Of a stretch of 64,000 nt of DNA, positions 20,021 to 29,273 are shown one piece after another. Source of the DNA: a bacterium (GTDB lineage Bacteria; Zhuqueibacterota; Zhuqueibacteria; Residuimicrobiales; Krinioviventaceae); contig OY843751.1 of the NCBI GenBank assembly GCA_963693055.1, positions 2,944,001-3,008,000 of the forward strand. The letters are read 5' to 3'. Position 1 is the first letter of the stretch. Each line of letters starts with the position of its first letter. The notes under the pieces were generated by a model that was not told the DNA's origin, made no database searches, and worked only from the letters and a program-made list of their open reading frames with translations. A program made the translations under genes and the position numbers.

Positions 20021-22111
20021 TTATAAAACCTTAATCACAACAAATGTTAAATCATCTGTTGTGTTCGCACCATCGAAAAAAGTATAAATTTCGTGAATAA
20101 TCTTTTTCTTAATTTCTGCTGCGGATAAATGATGTAGTTGCGCAAAGGCTTTACCCAAACGTTCTTCACCAAATTCTTCACCACTTCGGTTTCTGGCTTC
20201 GGTAACACCATCCGTGTATAGTAAAAATGTATGTCCGGTTTTTAAGGGCATTTTTATCTGCTTTAATGTTTTCTCAAAAAGATTACCTGAATCCAATCCC
20301 ACACCCAATCCTGCAGGCTCTAGCAATTCATAATCAAATATACCGGTAGAAGCAAATAATATCGGACAATGGCCTGCTCTGCAAAAAGTAAATGTCTTTT
20401 TCTTGACATCAATAATACCATAAACTAGGCTAATAAATGTATTTCTATCAAAATTTTTGTACAGAATATTATTGGTGGGTATTAAAAGATTTTTTGGGGT
20501 TTCATTTGCCCTGGCAAGGGCTTCCATGATCCCCTTCACTTCTGCCATATAAAAAGCAGCTGACGGACCTTTACCGGAAACATCACCTATGACTACACCC
20601 AGGCGGTCATCATCAATCTTGAAAAAATCATAATAATCTCCACCCACTTCATTTGCCGTAATACAAACAGCATCTAACTCTATTCCCTCCAACTGCGGCA
20701 TATCTTTGGGCAATAATTTCATTTGAGCTTCATGAGCAATGCGGAGTTCCTGCTCAAGTCGCTCTTTAACGATAGATTCCTCAACCAGTCTGGCATTTTC
20801 AATAGCTACAACAGCCTGTTCACAAAATGCACGAAGCATATCTACATCATCAACTTCAAAGCCAAATTCAATTCGCTTTCCGGCATATAAGAATCCAATA
20901 ACCTTTTCATTGTGGATTAATGGTAAAACCAAAAGTGAGTGACAATCATGTTTCCACTTGCATAATTTCTTTGCAATAGGACTTTTTAAAGATTGATTGT
21001 TTAAAAAAGGCTCTTTATTTGTCTTTAACCATTCAGAAAGAGGATCGTGAAATGAAGGCTGCCTTCGTTTTAATTCAGAAGGTGAAAGATGTTTGGATGA
21101 AACAAGCTGCAATTCACTAGTTTTTGTGTCCAGTAATTCCAGCCACGAGAAATCAGCTTCTGTTACTTCAGTGGCAAGATTTACAATGGTAACTACAAGT
21201 TTGTTAATGTCGAACTCGGAACTCACTGCCCTGCTTAAATGATGAAAAGAAGAAATTTGTCTTATTTTTCTATCATACAATTGCGCGGTTGGCAAATGGC
21301 CCAGTAAAGCAAAAAAAGCAATGATAATATATATAGTTAAAAAGATAATACTTGAATCAACAAATTTACCCAATACAGGACTAAAAGAATACACCGGATT
21401 CAGCTTGTGAAACAAATAACCAAAATAAAACTGAATGGGTATTAAAATAAATCCACCCCAAAAACAGGCCAATTTCTGTTTTCGATTCAGATAATTGATC
21501 CAGGAAACTCGAAACGAGTTGAAAACCATCAAATTGATGAGAATAAATAATATTACATATTCCAGATTGTTAAAAAAGCCCTTGTCAAGCCACGAGAACT
21601 GTCTCAACGTTTCCGGTAAACTAAATAACGGGTATAATAACAAAAAAATCATCAACCAGGTAAAATTACGGGCTGTAGATTTTTTACGCTTGATATAAAT
21701 CAAATTACGCAAAGTGCCCAGGCTGATAAGCACAAATATAGTAACAAAAAATGTCCAGGATAACACGAAAATATAATTTCCAGCACTGGAATAGATCGCT
21801 TTATTGCCCTCATCAAAATCAAACAAAAAATCCAAACGATCATTGGAAATAATTAACAATAAACAGGTAAATAAAATTAAAAAGAAAAGCGATCGTAAAC
21901 CACGCAAAACATTTCTATCTGATGCCCATTTTTGTTTATATACGAGGGGTAAAGAAAGGATTAATGCAAAAATAATAAAATATTCACGGATATAGATAGC
22001 CGTTACCGGTGGTCCATCGCTCATGGCCATCATGTTCATGTCTTGCACTACGGCTGCAATAAGCAAGGCAAGAGGTAATAATAATGATAATTTACTGATT
22101 TCTTTCATCAT
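20021..22111 (-). CDS. Multi-TM GAF-SpoIIE phosphatase
   Basis: About 8 N-terminal TMs, GAF, GGDYYD, DVSGKG, RAGH, YTDG, DDLT. Confidence 0.9.
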   Translation of the reverse strand: MMKEISKLSLLLPLALLIAAVVQDMNMMAMSDGPPVTAIYIREYFIIFALILSLPLVYKQKWASDRNVLRGLRSLFFLILFTCLLLIISNDRLDFLFDFDEGNKAIYSSAGNYIFVLSWTFFVTIFVLISLGTLRNLIYIKRKKSTARNFTWLMIFLLLYPLFSLPETLRQFSWLDKGFFNNLEYVILFILINLMVFNSFRVSWINYLNRKQKLACFWGGFILIPIQFYFGYLFHKLNPVYSFSPVLGKFVDSSIIFLTIYIIIAFFALLGHLPTAQLYDRKIRQISSFHHLSRAVSSEFDINKLVVTIVNLATEVTEADFSWLELLDTKTSELQLVSSKHLSPSELKRRQPSFHDPLSEWLKTNKEPFLNNQSLKSPIAKKLCKWKHDCHSLLVLPLIHNEKVIGFLYAGKRIEFGFEVDDVDMLRAFCEQAVVAIENARLVEESIVKERLEQELRIAHEAQMKLLPKDMPQLEGIELDAVCITANEVGGDYYDFFKIDDDRLGVVIGDVSGKGPSAAFYMAEVKGIMEALARANETPKNLLIPTNNILYKNFDRNTFISLVYGIIDVKKKTFTFCRAGHCPILFASTGIFDYELLEPAGLGVGLDSGNLFEKTLKQIKMPLKTGHTFLLYTDGVTEARNRSGEEFGEERLGKAFAQLHHLSAAEIKKKIIHEIYTFFDGANTTDDLTFVVIKVL

Positions 22112-22173
22112 ATCCGCTTTTTTGTTCTATACGTTGATACGAATAAGCTTTTAAATAGTTACAATTATGTATT

Positions 22174-24558
22174 TCAAGTGAGTTTGAATACCAGCATAGT
22201 CATATCATCATGCTGTGGTGTAGATTTTGTAAATGCCTTAACTTTAACATTAATAAAATCCAATAATTCTTTGGCTGTAGCATCATGATTAGTTTGAACA
22301 ATTTCTTCAAGCATGGATTCACTAAATTCATGGTGATCTTTATCCATAGCTTCTGAAAATCCATCAGTGTATAGCACCAGAACATCGCCTTTTGAGAGAG
22401 TTATTGTTTCTTCAGCAATAATTTTTTCAAAAACAGGTCCTTTATCCAATCCAAGAGCTAATCCGGGTGGACAAATTGTTCGTGTTTCGTAATTGCTTTT
22501 AAATATCAAAGGATTATGGCCAGCTCTAGCAAATGAAAAAGTATATTTGTCTAAATCAAAGACACCATAAATCATGCTTATAAAATGACTTCTTTCAACA
22601 TTTTCATAAAACAGACTGTTGATTTCAGTTAAAACTTTTTTAGGAGAATAAAGAGTTCGGGTCAAAGACCGAATAAATCCTTTGGTTAATGTCATATAAA
22701 ATGCAGCAGAAATACCTTTACCTGAAACATCGCCAATTACGATGCCGAGTTTATTATCATTATATTCAATAAAATCATAATAGTCACCACCTACCTCTTC
22801 AGCAGGATAGCAGATACTTGCAATCTCTAAATTCTTGATATGTGGATGAGAACGTGGTAAAAAGTTGAGTTGTACCCTTTTTGCAATTTCAAGTTCTCTT
22901 TTTAGACGTTCTCGATCAAGAATTCGCTTCACATGTTTGGGTGTATATTGCACCAAATCATCTTTGCTTAAATCATTGCGAATTCCAATTAATGAACTGG
23001 TTGCCATTATAAACAAGATCAACAGAAAAACACTTCCTGAAAGTACAAATGCCATGTGTTCAAAATGAAACATGCGAAGTGCTTCAAAAGTTAGTAAATA
23101 TACAAAAAAAGTAGTCAATGAAGTTAAAAAATCATATTTCATAAAAATAATTACAAAATATAATCCGGATATATAATAAAACAATGCTATAAACCAGGTA
23201 GGCGATGCTACAATATCATTAGGATTTGATCGTAATGCCCAAAATATCGCAACAATGAGAACAATCCATCTTTTTTTTGCCAGAAATCTTGCAAAAAAGG
23301 AAGATAAAAATAAAACAAAAACAAATTGGATCCATAGGGTTTCAGTAATAATCTTGCTAATTCTAAACAAAAAAGGTGAATGACTATTTAGATCTCGTAT
23401 ATCGCTGCTATATGGTACAAAATCAATAAATGTGAATGATCTTGTAATTTTGAACAACAATATTGAAAAACCGGCAAAGATAATTCCCAAAGCGATTCCA
23501 CGCAAGACAGATGAACCGGTAAAAGGATTAAAAAGTTTTCGATTCGCAGCAAGATCAAAGCTGAACATTTTTCCGTTCCAAGCATCACGTGTAATAGCAT
23601 CAGCACACGAGACAACAATTACACATATAAAACCTGAAAACAAGGGTCCCAATATTAAACCACCCACCATTCTGCCTGTATCAATAGTTTGGGGTTGAAG
23701 CAAGAATTCTGACAAAACGGAAACAAACATTAAAATACCAAGGGGCAGAGCAGATTTGAGAGAAAGCTCATCATCCCTTAGTTTTTTTATAAAAATATAA
23801 ATAAAAGCACCACTGATAGCCAGGAACAACAATAAAACTGAAAACATCCGGTTCATAAATGAACCGTCATCTGCTATATTTTCATAAACATATTCATAAC
23901 GCCCCACCTGATCACCAATGAGATCAATTTCTATATTGACTGGGAGTTTAGCAATCTCACCAATACTGTAAATGACTGAATAATCTGTACGGGTATCCCG
24001 GGTTTGCTGCTTGATTCGTAAAAATTCGGTATGACTACCATATTTAACTAAAATTAAAGAATCTGCTATTGATTTGGCAGTTTCCTGACTTGTGCTTGCA
24101 AGTATGCTGTCTTCATAAGCTTCAATCCAAAACGATATTTCTTCTCCGGATTGATTGAGATTCAATCCTACCCTTTTTACCCAACCAGGAAAACCAGTAT
24201 TTAGAATAGCATTTGAATCTACAGAAGCATTGTCATTGGCCGTCCACATGATAGACCAATAGTACGCAGGCAGATTGTGGGACATATAGTATTCAACACT
24301 GTCATAATCAGTAAAATATTTACTGATATACCGAAGTAATCCTTTTCTAACCCTTAACTCGGTTACAATTTCATTTTCACCGGGAGAGTATCCCCATTCA
24401 GCCAGACTTTGTTCAGCGAGTTGTTCAATTTGATCTCGATTCAATTTGAAAGATAAATGTGCTGAAGGAAATAGTAAAGGATACCATGAAACAAGCAATG
24501 ATACGGCAATTACAGTGAATAATAGATATGCTATGGTTTTTGAATTGATATTTTTCAT
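22174..24558 (-). CDS. Multi-TM SpoIIE phosphatase with extracytoplasmic domain
   Basis: TM, large loop, many TMs, then GGDYYD, DVSGKG, RAGH, YTDG, DDMT. Confidence 0.9.
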   Translation of the reverse strand: MKNINSKTIAYLLFTVIAVSLLVSWYPLLFPSAHLSFKLNRDQIEQLAEQSLAEWGYSPGENEIVTELRVRKGLLRYISKYFTDYDSVEYYMSHNLPAYYWSIMWTANDNASVDSNAILNTGFPGWVKRVGLNLNQSGEEISFWIEAYEDSILASTSQETAKSIADSLILVKYGSHTEFLRIKQQTRDTRTDYSVIYSIGEIAKLPVNIEIDLIGDQVGRYEYVYENIADDGSFMNRMFSVLLLFLAISGAFIYIFIKKLRDDELSLKSALPLGILMFVSVLSEFLLQPQTIDTGRMVGGLILGPLFSGFICVIVVSCADAITRDAWNGKMFSFDLAANRKLFNPFTGSSVLRGIALGIIFAGFSILLFKITRSFTFIDFVPYSSDIRDLNSHSPFLFRISKIITETLWIQFVFVLFLSSFFARFLAKKRWIVLIVAIFWALRSNPNDIVASPTWFIALFYYISGLYFVIIFMKYDFLTSLTTFFVYLLTFEALRMFHFEHMAFVLSGSVFLLILFIMATSSLIGIRNDLSKDDLVQYTPKHVKRILDRERLKRELEIAKRVQLNFLPRSHPHIKNLEIASICYPAEEVGGDYYDFIEYNDNKLGIVIGDVSGKGISAAFYMTLTKGFIRSLTRTLYSPKKVLTEINSLFYENVERSHFISMIYGVFDLDKYTFSFARAGHNPLIFKSNYETRTICPPGLALGLDKGPVFEKIIAEETITLSKGDVLVLYTDGFSEAMDKDHHEFSESMLEEIVQTNHDATAKELLDFINVKVKAFTKSTPQHDDMTMLVFKLT

Positions 24559-24575
24559 CTGATCCAGAAAAAGAC

Positions 24576-24857
24576 TTAACCGGCGTTATAGACATCTGTA
24601 ACAATTCTGAAAATCTTGAGAACGTCTCCCTTAATTTCTGTTGCCCCAAATAATTTTGTTGCCTCGAGGGCAATTTTCCAATCCATTTCTGAAACAGATA
24701 ATAGATTGATTTTGTTGAATCTTCCTAAGACTTTTTTGTACAAGGTTAATTTGTCAGCAGGTATCTTGGCTTCATTTTTAATCAAATACTCTTTCATACG
24801 GCTGGTACATGAAGCTAACAATTTTTGACTTTCAATAATCTCTTTCTGACTGAGCAT
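24576..24857 (-). CDS. Small hypothetical protein
   Basis: 93-aa ORF with AAGGA RBS, heading the phosphatase cluster. Confidence 0.6.
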   Translation of the reverse strand: MLSQKEIIESQKLLASCTSRMKEYLIKNEAKIPADKLTLYKKVLGRFNKINLLSVSEMDWKIALEATKLFGATEIKGDVLKIFRIVTDVYNAG

Positions 24858-24950
24858 AAACTACTTCCTTGTTTTACTACTAATCAAAATATTTAATTTT
24901 TTGTTAAGTTACACAAATACATTATGTTAATCAAGTAAAATCAAACTTTT

Positions 24951-25523
24951 TTATTTTCCAGGTTCATTAAATATTTGAGCAGAAAAAATATATATGTCCG
25001 CATTTTGATCTTTCCAGGCACTCTTATTCAACCCTGCCTTTATACAGGTATGCTGCAAAAAAATTTCAACATTCCATTCATTTTCGCTAGCAACCTGTGG
25101 TAATAATAATCCTCGGCGATACCCCTTTTCAATATACAGCCCATGTTCACCAATGTGAATCTCGTCAATGTTGTTTAAACGCTGCATGGGAGTTAAAACA
25201 GATATTTCAATTTCCAAATCATCAACCTCATGATGTTCAACCGGATCAAAACGGGGATCACGTAATGCAGCAGCTTCTGACATCTCTATTATTGTTTCAA
25301 GCAATGGTTTAACTGCCTGCACATACCCTATACAACCACGGAGATGTTTATTTTTATGTAAAGTTACAAATGCACCAAATTTCTCCTTAAAAACCGGATG
25401 CTTCAAGTCGTCATTCAATATCGGACGCTGTTGATGGGTAACTGCAACAATAGCGTCTCTGGCAATTTGCAATAATATGTTTTGTTCTTCAAGACTTAGA
25501 ATATCTATAACCTGATTATTCAT
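24951..25523 (-). CDS. amrA: AmmeMemoRadiSam system protein A (AMMECR1)
   Basis: GAFVTL, LRGCIG, DPRF, GLLLPQV. Confidence 0.9.
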   Translation of the reverse strand: MNNQVIDILSLEEQNILLQIARDAIVAVTHQQRPILNDDLKHPVFKEKFGAFVTLHKNKHLRGCIGYVQAVKPLLETIIEMSEAAALRDPRFDPVEHHEVDDLEIEISVLTPMQRLNNIDEIHIGEHGLYIEKGYRRGLLLPQVASENEWNVEIFLQHTCIKAGLNKSAWKDQNADIYIFSAQIFNEPGK

Positions 25524-25547
25524 GATATTCTCCTCTTTATATAAATA

Positions 25548-27005
25548 TTATTCTTCAAAGACCTGAGTGTTATATACCCAGAATTCTGCTCCATCCTTCC
25601 ACGCATTTCGATCCAGACCGGCTTTTCTGCAAAGGCTTGACATCTCTTCATCAACGGTTTTCCACCCTGCTTCTATCGGAACTTCTGGTAAATACGTTGC
25701 TCGTTTTCCATCCTTTATTAATATAATACCTTGTTTACCCATTTTAAATTCCGAAATTGAATTGATTTTATAGACATTACTCAAATAAACAGATATTTTA
25801 ATATGGATTTTGTCAAATTCATCAGGGGTTAACGGTTCAAAACGAGGATCACCAAATGCTGCAGCAACGGCCATATGAGGAACCAATTCAATTAAAGGGC
25901 GATCAGATTCATGTTGTCCAATGCAACCTCGCAATATTCCATCAATGGTCAAAGTAACAAATACGCCTCTTTTCTCTTTCATCTCATCAGTTCCAGGCTT
26001 AAAAGAAGATAGTTTGCCAGTACGCATGTATTCCGAAATACTTTTACGGGCTATTTCAAGTAACTGATTTTGTGTATCACGATCAATCTCATTAAATTCA
26101 ACCTTTGCAGAAACCGCTTTTGAAAAAATTATAGCACCATAACCAACAACATACCCTTCTTTAACTCCCATAACATCATTAGAATTGGTTCTGCCTAGTA
26201 AACTTGCAGTATACTCACCCATCTGTTTCAATACAACCTGCATAATTACGACAGGTGCACCTCCACAGGCTTGAAAGGAATCATTTAACAAACCTTTACA
26301 CAAGCGCTCTGGTTTAAATTCCATGATCGCATCAAGTGTTTTTTTGTCTGTTTTCTTACATTCATTATAGGAATGTCCATGATATAGATCTGTGCTGGCT
26401 ACTATTAACACATTTTTATTTTGAATAGTATTAAAAATAGCGTCACCAATAGATTTACATTGCTCCCAATTAAATCCCCCCACAACAATAGGCACAATAG
26501 GAGTTTTTGGAAAAAGTTTCTGAATGAAAGGCAATTGCACTTCTATTGCATGCTCTTCCCTGTGCCCCAGGATAGATAATTGAATAAACTCACTTTTATC
26601 GGTTATATTTTTGGCAACAGACTTTTCTACCTTTATGCTACCCAATGGAGTTTCATATGCATCACCATTATATATAGTAGCCCCATAAAAAGGATCACGA
26701 TGACTGGGTGCCATTAGAATAATATAATCATAGGTATTCCCTTTCAGACTTTTGAATGCCTGCGCAGCGGTTTGAGCAGAAAACCGGTAACCTGCATGTG
26801 GAACCATAATGGCATTAATATCGCCAGCCGGCTTTTGATCGGGTTCTCCTGATAATAATTCATCCAATAATTCATTTAATTGTGATGGATCTTTAGGATA
26901 AAAACTACCGGCAACAGCAGATTTTCGGGATATTTCTGCAAAAATGGAATTTGAAAAAAATAAAAAGATTAGAATGAAAGAATAGACCTTTGTAAAGGTT
27001 TTCAT
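25548..27005 (-). CDS. amrB: AmmeMemoRadiSam protein B (MEMO1) fused to an AMMECR1 domain, with signal peptide
   Basis: AVAGSFYP, PHAGY, EHAIEVQLPF, STDLYH, CG, VGY, then GVFVTL/LRGCIG/DPRF. Confidence 0.9.
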   Translation of the reverse strand: MKTFTKVYSFILIFLFFSNSIFAEISRKSAVAGSFYPKDPSQLNELLDELLSGEPDQKPAGDINAIMVPHAGYRFSAQTAAQAFKSLKGNTYDYIILMAPSHRDPFYGATIYNGDAYETPLGSIKVEKSVAKNITDKSEFIQLSILGHREEHAIEVQLPFIQKLFPKTPIVPIVVGGFNWEQCKSIGDAIFNTIQNKNVLIVASTDLYHGHSYNECKKTDKKTLDAIMEFKPERLCKGLLNDSFQACGGAPVVIMQVVLKQMGEYTASLLGRTNSNDVMGVKEGYVVGYGAIIFSKAVSAKVEFNEIDRDTQNQLLEIARKSISEYMRTGKLSSFKPGTDEMKEKRGVFVTLTIDGILRGCIGQHESDRPLIELVPHMAVAAAFGDPRFEPLTPDEFDKIHIKISVYLSNVYKINSISEFKMGKQGIILIKDGKRATYLPEVPIEAGWKTVDEEMSSLCRKAGLDRNAWKDGAEFWVYNTQVFEE

Positions 27006-27069
27006 TTCAGACTCCCAACATATTTCATACTATAATATATTGAAATTAGGAAATATAACAAGAAAATTA

Positions 27070-28203
27070 TTATAGCCAAATACCAGCAATAGACTGTCTG
27101 CAATAAGAACAAGACCCATCAGCAATGTGGTTTTCAGTCACTTTGAAACCTTTACGTCCTACCAACAACTTGCCGCAGCCCGGGCAATAAGTATTTTCCC
27201 CTTTATCACCGGGGATATTACCAGTATATACAAATTGTAAACCGCTATCAATTCCAATCTGACGGGCTGTTTGTAAGGTTTTTACAGGTGTGGAAGGAAT
27301 ATTTTTCAAACGATATTGCGGGTGAAATCTGGAAAAATGTACAGGTGTCTCGGGCCCCAATTCAGCAGCAATCCACTTACACATCTCAGTTAGTTCGTTA
27401 GGGTCATCATTCTGTCCGGGTATAACAAGATACACAATTTCGGTCCACATATTGTTTTCTTTGAGTAAAACCAAAGTATCCAAAACCGGACGAAGTTCAC
27501 CAGATACCATCTCTTTATAAAAACGTTCAGTAAATGCTTTTAAATCAATCTTGACTGCATCCAACACTGTTAAAAGATCCCGCATAGGCTCTGGTTTGAT
27601 ATAACCATTAGAGATCATAACGCTTTTAATCCCCTTTTCCCGACCTTTAGTGGCTGAATCATACATGTATTCTGTAAATATGACCGGTTCTGTATACGTA
27701 TACGCAATGGATTTACATTGGTAAACCTCTGCAAGATCAGCGACTTTTTCCGGTGGCATATCATAATTCCGAATTTGTTCAGGACGAGATTGAGAAATTT
27801 CCCAGTTTTGACAAAATTTACAAAACACATTGCATCCGGCAGTTGCAATGGAAAATGCAAGGGTTCCAGGTAAAAAATGAGACAATGGCTTTTTCTCTAT
27901 AGGATCAACATTTGCTGAACAGGGTTTTCCATAAACCAGGGTATAATAAGTGCCATTTTGATTTTCACGTACCCCACAATACCCTCTCTCCAAATCATCA
28001 ATTACGCATTCACGTGGACACAATTGGCACTGTATTTTACGATTATCCAGTTTTTTGTAATATCTTGCTTCAACGAGCTTCAAGTCTTGCTTTATGTTGG
28101 TACCATAACTATTTGCAAATAAATCAAAAGCAGTCGAGCATGAACCAAAAGCACAAACTGAACAAGTGGCTTTAATGGAATCGCGTCTTGATATGTTTTT
28201 CAT
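27070..28203 (-). CDS. amrS: AmmeMemoRadiSam system radical SAM enzyme
   Basis: CQLCPREC, DPIEKKPL, CNVFCKFCQNW, YTYTEP, YTGN, CPGC. Confidence 0.92.
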   Translation of the reverse strand: MKNISRRDSIKATCSVCAFGSCSTAFDLFANSYGTNIKQDLKLVEARYYKKLDNRKIQCQLCPRECVIDDLERGYCGVRENQNGTYYTLVYGKPCSANVDPIEKKPLSHFLPGTLAFSIATAGCNVFCKFCQNWEISQSRPEQIRNYDMPPEKVADLAEVYQCKSIAYTYTEPVIFTEYMYDSATKGREKGIKSVMISNGYIKPEPMRDLLTVLDAVKIDLKAFTERFYKEMVSGELRPVLDTLVLLKENNMWTEIVYLVIPGQNDDPNELTEMCKWIAAELGPETPVHFSRFHPQYRLKNIPSTPVKTLQTARQIGIDSGLQFVYTGNIPGDKGENTYCPGCGKLLVGRKGFKVTENHIADGSCSYCRQSIAGIWL

Positions 28204-29198
28204 AATTGAATCAATTCAATATTGTTCATATTATTGGTACCCAGTTTATGATCTCGATCTGCAGCTGTTTGAATATAAACTGGCTCACGACCAACCTCCT
28301 TTAATGGAGGAAAACCTTTTTCTCGTCTTTTTTTCTCAATAACGTTCCAGGCAAATGTATCCAATGCCACAGGATCTGTACCCAATACAAGACTGTTCAT
28401 ATTCCATGTCCATTGCGGCATAAATGGAGGTCCGCCCTCATATTGAGGAGTAATGGCATCACAAATAATGAGTCGGGTTTTATTTCGAATAATTGGCAGC
28501 ATATTTACATCCGCTACATAAGGATCACCAACATTATCATGATATTTATTGGGATTGTTGATGACACCAAAATTATTTTTCATGGCAGCACTGATACCTA
28601 CAATTCCGTGATCTTTCAGTATGGGGAGATTAATTATAGCTGAACATTGTTGTTCGAGTATAACAGAAATCAAGCTTGCTACGGCCCCATGTTCATACAA
28701 TTTACGTGAAAAACCGGTTTTATTTGATCCATAGCATTGGACTTTGCGTCTTCCCTGGTATAATTTGTAACCAGCCCTTTCCAGGTCACGATCATGGCGG
28801 TCCCAGATAATAATATGGTTTGCCGGAATGCCATTTTTTTTCAATTTCGTAGATATTGCTTCAACCAACTCTATATTTGTGGATAGACCGCGGCCGGCAA
28901 GGCAATTAACTTTTAATCCTACAATATCATCTTTTGAAAAGAGATGGCTCCACACATCATCAGCTGGCATATTATAAAGCTTGCTTATGCTGGAATCCAA
29001 TAACTGAGTAAGATTTTGAACAGAAATCCCCTGTTTTGACAATAAATCATCATGATTGGCGCAGACAATACGGGATTTAGTAGCACCTTTGGTAATACTG
29101 GGGTCGGCAATGGTGCTTGCAAAGAGTTGAGTGCCATGCAAAGCACCGGCTGCACCGGCAGTGAGTGTTGTATTGATAAATTCTCTACGATCAAGCAT
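28200..29198 (-). CDS. DUF362 domain protein with Tat signal
   Basis: DRREFI leader, VGLKVN, INLPILKDH, MKNNFG, DPVALD. Confidence 0.85.
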   Translation of the reverse strand: MLDRREFINTTLTAGAAGALHGTQLFASTIADPSITKGATKSRIVCANHDDLLSKQGISVQNLTQLLDSSISKLYNMPADDVWSHLFSKDDIVGLKVNCLAGRGLSTNIELVEAISTKLKKNGIPANHIIIWDRHDRDLERAGYKLYQGRRKVQCYGSNKTGFSRKLYEHGAVASLISVILEQQCSAIINLPILKDHGIVGISAAMKNNFGVINNPNKYHDNVGDPYVADVNMLPIIRNKTRLIICDAITPQYEGGPPFMPQWTWNMNSLVLGTDPVALDTFAWNVIEKKRREKGFPPLKEVGREPVYIQTAADRDHKLGTNNMNNIELIQL

Positions 29199-29216
29199 AT
29201 TTTAATATCTCCAAAC

Positions 29217-29249
29217 AAAAAAACCGTGATCGGTTTGAACACGGTTTTT
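29217..29249 (-). terminator. Intrinsic terminator
   Basis: AAAAACCGTG...CACGGTTTTT hairpin downstream of the REC-PAS-GAF gene. Confidence 0.7.
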
Positions 29250-29273
29250 ATTTTAGATATTTTTAATATACAA

